NCBI GenBank assembly: GCA_963693365.1
Contig: CAVNZM010000086.1
Location: 1-11,250, forward strand
Reading direction: 5' to 3'
DNA: 11,250 nucleotides
From: Amoebidium appalachense
Taxonomy: Eukaryota > Protista > Ichthyosporea
The notes below the pieces were generated by a model. The model was not told where the DNA came from, did no database searches, and saw only the letters and a program-made list of their open reading frames with translations. How positions within the stretch are numbered: the first letter of the stretch is position 1; each line of letters opens with the position of its first letter. The position numbers and the translations under genes are program-made. This document shows positions 1 through 9,137 of the stretch, piece after piece.

Positions 1-559
1 CCCCCAACGTCCACCGGGGAGCCCCTCCTGCCCTCCCACCTCAGCCTACTCCATGGCCAGTGCCCCACCAAAGCCTCCTCGGCCAATCTACGGCTATGGA
101 CGGCCCTCATCGTCGGTTTCTGTGGATTCCTCCGTTCGGGGGAATATACCTCCAAGACCCTGACTTCCTTCGACCCGTCCCGTCACGTTAAAACGGAAGG
201 ACGTGACCCTCAGCTACACCCCCACCGCCCATCTCCTCCGGCAGTTCCTGGATACAACGTCCGGTCAACCCGACGACCCCCTGTTCAGTCTCGGTGGCGC
301 TCCCTACACCAAGGGTGCTTTCTCTGCCGACTTCCGTGCCCTCCTCTCCCGGGCAGCCTGAGGCCTCTCACCCTCCCGGTTTGCCGGCCACAGCCTCCGA
401 ATAGGGGGGGCCACAGCCCTGGCTGAGGCCGGAGTCGAAGACTCCCGGATCAAACAACTCGGCAGATGGTCCTCCGACTGTTTCCTGATCTATACTCGAC
501 TTCGCCCGGCCTCCATTGCTGCCACTACCACACGTGTATTCGCCTCTATTCTTAAGTGA
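1..559 (+). pseudogene. Tyrosine recombinase (phage-integrase-like catalytic domain), disrupted
   Basis: Frame 1 reads ...LWTALIVGFCGFLRSGE (catalytic R at 133-135). The downstream frame reads FAGHSLRIGGATALAEAGVEDSRIKQLGRWSSDCFLIYTR...ILK* (HxxR at 389-400, GRW, catalytic Y, TGA at 557-559). Lesions: frameshift near 190-200, a ~109-bp deletion at ~227 relative to copy 2, and an in-frame TGA at 359-361. Confidence 0.9.
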
Positions 560-587
560 AACCTTTGGAGCAAGCATACTGCTCTCG

Positions 588-676
588 TGCCGTGGTTTAC
601 AACCATTGCAGGTTCACTTTCGTCCAAGGGGACGTCCCCCTAGAGGCAACACACGTCCCGGAGTAGTTTTCATAGA
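588..676 (+). repeat. Split direct repeat B1 (89 bp) of YR element copy 1
   Basis: TGCCGTGGTTTACAACC...GTAGTTTTCATAGA, repeated at 1157-1245 with one mismatch and inverted at 5067-5155 and 5637-5725. Confidence 0.93.
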
Positions 677-1156
677 GGTTTTATTTGTGGAGTTTTATTG
701 ACATAAATATTTTTCTGGGTAAACACGTAGAATGGGTGTCCGATATCAACATAAACATGTAGGCTTCGTTTCGTGTTTTAGCAGCTCGCGTTCGGCTGCC
801 CGCATACGGGCACCTATTAGCCGATCAAAACATCAGATTCCACAGATCACTAGACCGAGTTTGATTGGCTCAAGATCAGATTTCAACATAACACTAGATC
901 GATTTTGATTGGCTCAGATCGGGAGCCTTAGGTATATAAGCACGACAGTTTTTAGCAGATCAGCAAGCAACAGACACATCTTCTGTGTTTGGCACCTACA
1001 GCTTTACAGCTATATTTTCTTTTCACCCACCCACCTACACCCAACACTCAACCCCCATTGATCCACACATACGTGCTGTTTTTTCACGGGGCGAAGACTT
1101 CCCCCGTTTTTTGGGCACAAGGACCTCACGGATCAATAAATTGATGACTGGGGGCT
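677..1156 (+). repeat. Putative A2 repeat (~480 bp) between B1 and B2, copy 1
   Basis: Non-coding, AT-richer segment between the two B repeats, matching 5156-5636 inverted. Calling it A2 is inferred from the A1...B1-A2-B2 architecture; A1 is not in the window. Confidence 0.75.
851..939 (+). promoter_or_regulatory. Candidate Pol II promoter in the A repeat: two inverted CCAAT boxes plus TATA box
   Basis: Duplicated TTTGATTGGCTCA motif (ATTGG at 864-868 and 908-912), then TATATAA at 933-939. AATAAA at 1135-1140 lies just before B2. All are conserved in copy 2. Confidence 0.5.
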
Positions 1157-1245
1157 TGCCGTGGTTTACAACCATTGCAGGTTCACTTTCGTCCGAGGGG
1201 ACGTCCCCCTAGAGGCAACACACGTCCCGGAGTAGTTTTCATAGA
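1157..1245 (+). repeat. Split direct repeat B2 (terminal) of YR element copy 1
   Basis: Second copy of the 89-bp B repeat; Copia coding sequence starts immediately after it. Confidence 0.93.
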
Positions 1246-1864
1246 ATAACAGGTACACGGGGTAAGGGTGGAGAAATACTCTTTGATGGGGCAGATGTGT
1301 GCATTGCAAGCACTGTCCCAGACGGGGTCGTCACGGTGTGGTGTGCCGGTGGATGAGATGAGTGCAAATTGCACACTCTTGTTGCCTTTCTCCTGTTTGG
1401 CACGACGAGCAACAGCACAGCCAGGCTCTGGGCATGATGTGATGTGGTGGGGTTCATGGCAATAGGAACACTCCACTCTCTTGTTGTTGTGCTGTCGGTT
1501 ACGGTTGTCCCTGTTACCACGGGGGTAAGGGGAAGTTGAACGGGGGCCGGGTGACTTGGAAGACGGACGATGATCACGGGAATGGGACGGGGAACGGTGA
1601 GGTGTATTCTCACGGCGAGGGATACGGTTACGGAGGTCACCGGGCGGGAGCATTCTGCTCTGAAGTGCTCGAAGAGGACGGTTGTTGAGGGTTGCACCCG
1701 TGCCTGCGTCGATGAGGCGGGCACGGATTTCAGCTCCGCGGATGTCGCTGATGAGCTGGTTGAAGGACGGGTAATTCTTGTTGTTCATCCAGTAGTCGGA
1801 GCAGAGACGTTCAATGTCTATTGTTTTGTACGGGTCTAAGGGAGCAGAGTGCACAGAGGTGTCA
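1246..1864 (-). pseudogene. Copia gag C-terminus (zinc knuckle) and aspartic protease active-site region, truncated by the YR element
   Basis: ORF 1183..1854 has a basic/Ser-rich linker, a CX2CX3HX4C knuckle and PVWDSACNAHICPIKEYFSTL (compare Copia WxxDSGAxxHM). Residues after ...PCTCY come from the YR B2 repeat. Confidence 0.85.
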
Positions 1865-2805
<941 letters not shown>

Positions 2806-3367
2806 TGTCAGTGCAGACTAGGGCGGTGTTCTTGCGTAGGTGAAGCGAGAACTTGCGCACGACATCCTTGTAGTGGACGGGCTCGTCGAGGCAGGCAAGT
2901 GTCGTAGCCAGACGTTGGAGGCGGGTGAGGTACGCTGTGACGTTGGGGAAGTCTCGTAGTTCAAGCTCCTCGTAGGTGACTTGAATCTGAGTGACGCGAG
3001 CCTCCTTCTCTGCCACATAAGCCATACGCAGGTTGTGGAAGACTTCTCCACCGTGAACACCGTCTTGCATGCTGCCGGAGTCGTAGAGCTCTGTAGGATG
3101 AACGGACTGGTTGAGAATTTGGTCGAGGACGTCGGAAGCTTTCTTGTAGGCGTCCTTGGTGCCGTAGCCTAGCCACTGGTTGGCGTCAGAGCCGCCAACC
3201 CACTCTGGTGCCTTGATGGCGTCAACGAATTTCTCGGCAATGGTCACGGTGGTCCTTATGAAACGGTGGATGAGTGGCTCCCATTCGAAATAGTTGAGAC
3301 GCTTCTCATCCTTCTTCTCGGACGGATTCCATTGTGGAAGGTTGATGTACGACGGTTTGTCAGTCAT
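2806..3367 (-). pseudogene. gag: Copia gag N-terminal part (capsid/UBN2-like region), interrupted by the solo LTR
   Basis: ORF 2780..3367 MTDKPSY...NYFEWEPLI...GGEVFHNLRMAY...NVTAYLTRLQRLATTLACLDEPV shows the typical Copia gag pattern. It starts just downstream of LTR+PBS and has a homologue at 8236. Confidence 0.85.
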
Positions 3368-3420
3368 GGTTGAAGCAGTATGTACGGAGGAATTTCGCGG
3401 TTGTAACGAGATTGTGTGTT

Positions 3421-3443
3421 AGCGTGCAAAGGGGCCGTAAACC
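3421..3443 (-). promoter_or_regulatory. Primer binding site, internal tRNA-iMet (half-tRNA) type
   Basis: GGTTTACGGCCCCTTTGCACGCT directly follows the LTR-terminal ...CAACA. It resembles GGTTATGGGCCCAGCACGCT, the complement of the tRNA-iMet 5'-half anticodon-stem region, and is identical at 8161-8183. Confidence 0.65.
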
Positions 3444-4242
3444 TGTTGTTTTGTGTGGGTAAACGGAGAAGCAGAGAGCACAGATGGGTGTTATGTTATA
3501 CACAAAACAGAGACACACGGGAGAAACACAACCGGAGAGGTGGAACGATTTCTGGAACCATAGGAAATGATTTCAACTGCTTGATATTTATTTCAAGATG
3601 AAGTTCCTTTTATACTCAGGAATGTGAAATCGATAAGCCAATCAAAAGAACAAAAACTCTATTATCCAATCAGAAAGACGAAAACTATGAGGGTAAAATA
3701 AATCGATCGAAATGCCTGTCGACACATAGAAGATAAAACGCAATCTCCTAATGAAAGAAATCTTCTAATGAAAGTACGGAAACATTTAACAAAATGAAAC
3801 CACTTATGTATCTATTAGTTCACATCAGATATTTATACATGTTCTTAACATAACACGTCTAAATATAAGTATTCCTAATAGTTGGGGAACATAGAGCAAT
3901 GCTACGTCGTGGGAAAAAAAGGAATAGGAATGAGGATAGAAAGGAATGGAATGGGAAAGGAATCGAATAGAATTAATGAGGAATGTAGGTTACTATATTT
4001 GGGAAAATATAACGAGATCTGATTGGACAACTTATTTAGACATTGACGCAAACAACAATACGTGTGCGCGGGCCAAATAGCTCGATGTGTACACAGATCT
4101 AAGATATCTTAGCACACGGAAACGGAAAGGAAAGAAAAAAAAAAAGGAAGGAAGGAAAAGGGAAAAGGAAACAAACAACAACAAACTAATAAACAAATGT
4201 ACTCAACTTCTAAGTCTTGCCGTTAATCATGGGAAGATGACA
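3444..4242 (-). repeat. 5' LTR of Copia copy 1 (~799 bp)
   Basis: Begins TGTCATCTTCCC (4242) and ends AAAACAACA (3444). Both ends are confirmed independently by insertion junctions of other copies (7427, 8479). TATAAAA at 3614-3608 is followed by AATAAA. Confidence 0.88.
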
Positions 4243-5066
4243 GTCACCTGATACACACATGGCATAGCAGTTAGCAGAACATGTGCCATAAAGAAAAGAA
4301 AAAAACCCTTATGCACCTGGCATGCCATCAACAAGCACAACTTGCGGAGGCCGTACTAGAGCACACATGATTAGCGTACGAAAATCAGTGCAATGCAATG
4401 CTTACATAATATGTGACGCTATCCATCATCGTTATGGATACTGTAGCCCCCCCCCCCCCCCCCCCCCCCTTCCCCTTCCCCAACCCAACCCAAAAAAAAA
4501 TATTCCCTTCCTTCCACCCTAAAACATGCAACTCACCAGCATGCCCATGATCTTCACAACGTACGGGCCCTCCTGCGGCGTCACCGAAAACAGTAGGGGG
4601 GTTGTGCTGTTGGCGTCAATGTGCAGCGCACTGAGCAGCTCCACAAGGTGTACAACACACGTGTCTGCATCCAGCACCGCCTCGCCATGTGCATTTGTCT
4701 TGCTGCCCATGCTCGGCAGGCCCAGCAGAAGCACGTGGGGCGGGGAGGCGTTGGCGTCGGCAGCATATGACCCTACCAACACTTCTCTGCCGTTGTCTTC
4801 CACCATGGCCAACCCCAACTGTGAATTATAATATATGATCACTACACAAACACACACATACAGAATGCAGCATAGTGTCAAAAACCCGATATTCCCATTA
4901 TACATCATTTAACCACCATCCACGAAACAGCTTGTTCAAAGACCGAAACATATGTCCTGTGGAAACAAACCGTGTATGCATAAATTGAAAGACACAGACA
5001 ATGTGCAACATGCACTCACCGGGGCTGATGCTGCCAGCATGCCTTGAAAAGTATCTTTCTTGGGGG
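4243..5066 (-). pseudogene. Remnant of a spliced host gene of unknown function, cut at both ends by transposons
   Basis: Candidate exons: 5066-5020 (PKKDTFQGMLAASAP, donor GTGAGT); 4818-4537 (282 nt, open, phase 0/0, CAG acceptor and GTGAGT donor; LGLAMVEDNGREVLVGSY...VVKIMGML); 4355-4317; and a 5-nt stub at 4247-4243. The last two acceptors are preceded by GCTAAY branch-like motifs. Exons are GC-rich and introns AT/TG-rich. No family recognised. Confidence 0.55.
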
Positions 5067-5155
5067 TCTATGAAAACTACTCCGGGACGTGTGTTGCCTC
5101 TAGGGGGACACCCCCTTGGACGAAAGTGAACCTGCAATGGTTGTAAACCACGGCA
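5067..5155 (-). repeat. Split direct repeat B2 of YR element copy 2
   Basis: Reverse complement of the 89-bp B repeat, at the element terminus. Confidence 0.92.
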
Positions 5156-5636
5156 AGCCCCCAGTCATCAATTTATTGATCCGTGAGGTCCTTGTGCCCA
5201 AAAAAACGGGGGAAGTCTTCGCCCCGTGAAAAGACAGCACGTATGTGTGGATCAATGGGGGTTGAGTGTTGGGTGTAGGTGGGTGGGTGAAAAGAAAATA
5301 TAGCTGTAAAGTTGTAGGTGCTCAACACAGAAGATGTGTCTGTTGCTTGCTGATCTGCTAAAAACTGTTGTGCTTATATACCTAAGGCTACCGATCTGAG
5401 CCAATCAAAATCGATCTAGTGTTATGTGAAATCTGATCCCGAGCCAATCAAACTCGGTCTAGTGATCTGTGGAATCTGACGTTTTGATCGGCTAATAGGT
5501 GCCCGTATGCGGGCAGCCGAACGCGAGCTGCTCACGAAACGAAACGAAGCCTACATGGTTATGTTGATATCGGACACCCATCCTACGTGTTTACCCAGAA
5601 AAATATTTATGTCAATAAAACTCCACAAATAAAACC

Positions 5637-5725
5637 TCTATGAAAACTACTCCGGGACGTGTGTTGCCTCTAGGGGGACGTCCCCTTGGACGAAAGTGAA
5701 CCTGCAATGGTTGTAAACCACGGCA
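5637..5725 (-). repeat. Split direct repeat B1 of YR element copy 2
   Basis: Reverse complement of 588-676, about 30 bp downstream of the YR stop at 5754-5756. Confidence 0.92.
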
Positions 5726-5753
5726 CGAGAGCAGTATGCTTGCTCCAAAGGTT

Positions 5754-6770
5754 TCACTTAAGAATAGAGGCGAATACACGTGTGGTAGTGGCAGCAATGG
5801 AGGCCGGGCGAAGTCGAGTATAGATCAGGAAACAGTCGGAGGACCATCTGCCGAGTTGTTTGATCCGGGAGTCGTCGACTCCGGCCTCAGCCAGGGCTGT
5901 GGCCCCCCCTATTCGGAGGCTGTGGCCGGCAAACCGGGAGGGTGAGAGGCCTGCTTGGGAGAGGAGGGCACGGAAGGCGGCAGAGAAAGCACCCTTGGTG
6001 TAGGGAATGCCACCGAGACTGAACAGGGGGTCGTCGGGTTGACCGGACGTTGTATCCAGGAACTGCCGGAGGAGATGGGCTGGGGAGAAGTGGGTGAGGG
6101 GGTTGGGAAGCTAGAGTGACGTTGACACCTCGGGCCTGTACATCCATCTTGGAGGTATGCAGGTGGAGGGTGGCATGGGACAAAGTACCGGTGGGGGTGT
6201 AGCTGAAGGTCACGTCCCTCCGTTTAACGTGGCGGGTCGGGTCGAAGGAAGTCAGGGTTTTGGAGGCAAATTCCCCCGAACGGAGGAGACCACAGAAACC
6301 GACGATGAGGGCCGTCCATAGCCGTAGATTGGCCGAGGAGGCCTTGGTGGGGCACTGGCCATGGAGTAGGCTGAGGTGGGAGGGCAGGAGGGGCTCCCTG
6401 GTGGATGATCGGGGTCGGATGTTGTGAGAAAGCTGCCATCTGCCCACCCCTCGGAGGAACCAGGCCAGAGACTTGTCGTGGGGGTAGGGAGCAGGGAGGC
6501 CCATGTCGAGGTGGAGTCTGGTGATGGCCGAATTGTAGCCGGCCAAGGAAGAGGCCTGTACCCCTCGTTGGGCACACCAGGCGAGAAAAAGCTGCACGGT
6601 GTGGGGGGAGGCCGGGAGGGAGGACCCGGCGGAGGATTGCAGCCGAGAGGCCACACAAAAATCGATGAACACTTTTTGCTGGCACCCGGGAGTAAAAGGC
6701 CCAAGAGTCGAGGTTGAGACTCAGGGCCTGGCATTCCTGCAGGGTAGTGGTGGTACGAAGCAGTTCGGCC
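5754..6770 (-). pseudogene. Tyrosine recombinase, nearly full length, frameshifted
   Basis: ORF 5887..6672 covers the N-terminal binding domain (FIDFC...VQLFLAW...SSLAGYNSAI...H), LLRSGEF and HTSKMD. After a frameshift at ~6085-6095 it continues HLLRQFL...PLF...FAGHSLRIGGAT...LGRWSSDCFLIY to TGA at 5756-5754. Further frameshift(s) lie near 6680-6720, and the start is approximate. Confidence 0.92.
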
Positions 6771-6854
6771 GGAGCAAAGTGGGGGGCCAATCTGCCAGCG
6801 TTGCTCCGGAAGGGGAGATCTGGAGGGGGGGGGGGGGGTGGAGCCCAGCCTGAG

Positions 6855-7322
6855 GGGAAGGGATAGGAACTTGTGGACCCAGGAGGGGAAGGGGCAGGGC
6901 TCCGGTTGCAGGTAAGGTCGGAGTCGTCTGGCCCGGGGGAGTTGGTTACGAGAAATGGCATCGGTTAGAGGGTTGAGGGGTCCCGGTACGTAGGAGGCCT
7001 GCAACGTAAATTGGTATTTCATTTCCATGCGGGTGGTGAACCGAAGAAATTTGGTCATCACGGGATGGGGGGAAGACCGGGAGTGCAGGTCTAGGTTGGG
7101 GCCCACCCGAGAGGTGGAGGGGCCGCGATAGCCGATGTTGACACCGAATTCGACATCGTGGAGGAGCTGCGCGGCGAATGATTGGTCTGGGTAGGGGGCC
7201 AGCAGCTCCCGGAGGCGGGAGGTGTCAACGTGGTGCTGGGGCAGCGGGCGGGCCTCCGGGTCTGAGCCTCGGGGGAAAGGGTGGTTAGCAAGGGTGGGGC
7301 ACCCTCGGAGAGATCCCGGCAT
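6855..7322 (-). pseudogene. pol: pol remnant: pre-RT N-terminal segment fused to RNase H C-terminus (RT deleted)
   Basis: LRELLAPYPDQSFAAQLLHDVEFGVNIGYRGP...PNL is the typical segment before RT in Ngaro/DIRS. It is joined directly to SSPHPVMTKFLR...LQASYVPGPLNPLTDAISR (RNase H end, consensus xHIPGxxNxxADALSR). No YxDD motif is present. Confidence 0.8.
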
Positions 7323-7426
7323 CGGGGGGGGGGGGGGGGGGGGGGGGGGCAGCAGGGCCCCGGGGGGTTAGAGGCAGGGGGTTAGGGCAGCTGGGCCCGA
7401 GGGAGGGTTTGCAGGGAGGGCAGCGG

Positions 7427-8160
7427 TGTCATCTTCCCATGATTATCGACAAGACTTAGAAGTTGAGTTTTATGTTTATTAGTTTGTTGTAGTTTGTTTC
7501 CTTTCCCCTTTTCCTTTCTTCCTTTCTTTCTTTCCTTTCTGTTTCCGTGTACACCAATATCTTAGATCTGTGTACACATCGAGATATTTAGCTCACGCAC
7601 ACGTATTGTCGTTGTGTCAATATCTAAATATGTCGTCAAATCAGATCTCGTTGTATTTTCCCAAATATAGTAACTTACATTCCTTTCCCATTCCTTTCCC
7701 TTCTTTTCTCAGGACGTAGAATTGCGCTATGTTCCCCAACTATTAGGAATAGTAACTTATGTTTAGACGTGTTATGTTAAGAACATGTATAAATGTATGA
7801 TGTGAACTAATAGTTACATAAGTGTATAAGTGGTTTCATTTTGTTAAATGTTTCCGTGCTTTTATTAGAAGATTACTTTCATTAGACGATTGCGTTTTAT
7901 CTTCTATGTGTCGACAGACATTTCGATCGATATATTTTACACTCATAGTTTTCGTTCTTTTGATTGGTTTATCGATTTCACATTCCCAAGTACAAAAGGG
8001 ACTTCATCTTGAAATAAATATCAAGCAGTCGAATTATTTCCTATGGCCCCAGTAATCGTTCCACCTCTCCGGTTGTGTTTCTCCCGTGTGTCTCTGTGTT
8101 GTGTATAACATAACACCCATCTGTGCACTCTGCTTCCCCGTTTACCCACACAAAATAACA
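7427..8160 (+). repeat. 5' LTR of Copia copy 2 (~734 bp)
   Basis: TGTCATCTT...AAAATAACA imperfect terminal inverted repeat (7/9), AATAAA at 8013-8018, followed by the PBS. Confidence 0.88.
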
Positions 8161-8183
8161 GGTTTACGGCCCCTTTGCACGCT
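8161..8183 (+). promoter_or_regulatory. Primer binding site, internal tRNA-iMet type
   Basis: GGTTTACGGCCCCTTTGCACGCT immediately after the LTR end; identical to copy 1. Confidence 0.65.
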
Positions 8184-8235
8184 AACACACAATCTCGTTA
8201 CAACCGCGAAATTCCTCCGTCTCACTGCTTCAACC

Positions 8236-8478
8236 ATGACTGACAAACCGTCGTACATCAACCTTCCAATATGGAATCCGTCCGAGAAAAGAGATGAGAA
8301 ACGTCTCAACTATTTCGAGTGGGAGCCACTCATCCACCGGTTCATTAGAACCACCGTTGCCGAGAAATTCGTTGACGCTATCAAGAGGCCACAGTGGGTT
8401 GACGGCACTGAAGCCAACCAGTGACTAGGCTACGGCACCAAGAACTCCTACAAGAAAGCTTCCGACGTCCTCGACCAG
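8236..8478 (+). pseudogene. gag: Copia gag N-terminus with nonsense mutation, truncated by LTR insertion
   Basis: MTDKPSYINLPIWNPSEKRDEKRLNYFEWEPLIHRF...EANQ*LGYGTKNSYKKASDVLDQ. The TGA at 8422-8424 corresponds to TGG (W) in copy 1. Confidence 0.88.
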
Positions 8479-9137
8479 TGTTATTTTGTGTGGGTAAACG
8501 GAGAAGCAGAGAGCACAGATGGGTGTTATGATATACACAACACAGAGACACACGGGAAAAACACAACCGGAGAGGTGGAACGATTTCTGGAACCATATTA
8601 AATGAATACGACTGCTTAAGATTTATTCCAAGATGAAGTCCCTTTTATACTTGGGAATGTGAAAACGATAAACCAATCAAAAGAACGAAAACTCTATTTT
8701 CCAATCAAAAAGGACGAAAACTATGAGTGTAAAATATATTGATTAAAATGTCTGTCGACACATAGAATCCTCTAATGAAAGGAACTTCTAATAAAAGCAC
8801 GGAAACATTTAACAAAATGAAACCACTTATGTAACTATTAATTCATAACATACATTTATACATGTTCTTATCATAACACGTCTAAATATAATTATTCCTA
8901 ATAGTTGGAGAACATAGCACAATGCTACGTCGTGAGAAAGGAATGAGAAAGGAATGTAAGTTACTATATTTGGGAAAATACAAACGAGATATGATTGAAT
9001 GACATATATAGATTTTGACACAAACGACAAATACGTGTGCGCGAGCTAAGTATGTCGATACGTACACAGATCTAAGATGTCGTGTACACGGAAACAGAAA
9101 GGAAAGAAAGAAATGAAGAAAGGAAAAGGAAACAAAC
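8479..9137 (-). mobile_element. Copia copy 3: LTR of the same family inserted antisense into copy 2 gag; its 5' ~60 bp are displaced or missing
   Basis: Begins exactly at the LTR 3' terminus (TGTTATTTT = reverse complement of AAAATAACA), is homologous to 3444-4175 and stops at ...GGAAACAAAC (9137). Confidence 0.88.

Larger units (their letters stand above)
1..1245 (+). mobile_element. Tyrosine-recombinase retrotransposon with split direct repeats (Ngaro/PAT-like, DIRS order), copy 1; 3' part, runs off the window start
   Basis: YR C-terminal coding sequence (1-559) is followed by a B1(588-676)-A(677-1156)-B2(1157-1245) terminal structure. It is near-identical to the reverse complement of ~5067-6410 and ends abruptly inside a Copia protease ORF. 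Confidence 0.9.
5067..7426 (-). mobile_element. Tyrosine-recombinase retrotransposon (Ngaro/PAT-like), copy 2; internally deleted, 5' side interrupted by a Copia LTR
   Basis: Minus-strand order: pol remnant (pre-RT fused to RNase H C-terminus), YR, B1 5725-5637, A 5636-5156, B2 5155-5067. Confidence 0.92.
7427..8478 (+). mobile_element. Ty1/Copia copy 2: 5' LTR, PBS and truncated gag, inserted in the YR element
   Basis: Colinear inverted homologue of ~3120-4242. It starts with TGTCATCTTCCC at an abrupt GC-to-AT transition. Confidence 0.9.

Noticed and set aside
368-1212. Short ORFs 368..577, 516..701, 985..1212 and their inverted twins at 5612-5945
   Set aside because: These are antisense or off-frame reads of YR and the terminal repeats. 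They are conserved only because the copies are recent.
3546-3560. TGGTTCCAGA as a canonical 3'-CCA tRNA PBS
   Set aside because: It is not conserved in copy 2 (TGGCCCCAG), and the copy 3 junction at 8479 shows the LTR extends ~115 bp further, so the motif lies inside the LTR.
4526-4831. Plus-strand 101-aa ORF
   Set aside because: Antisense shadow of the minus-strand exon, which has the splice signals.
5754-6770. Prophage or bacterial integrase, or Crypton
   Set aside because: Linked RNase H and pre-RT remnants, split direct repeats and a eukaryotic context point to a DIRS-order retrotransposon.
7324-7390. G26 run and GGGTTAG motifs as telomere or G-quadruplex element
   Set aside because: There are only two scattered motifs, within proline-rich TE coding sequence. 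Long homopolymers here and at 4447-4470 and 6825-6838 may be inflated by sequencing error.
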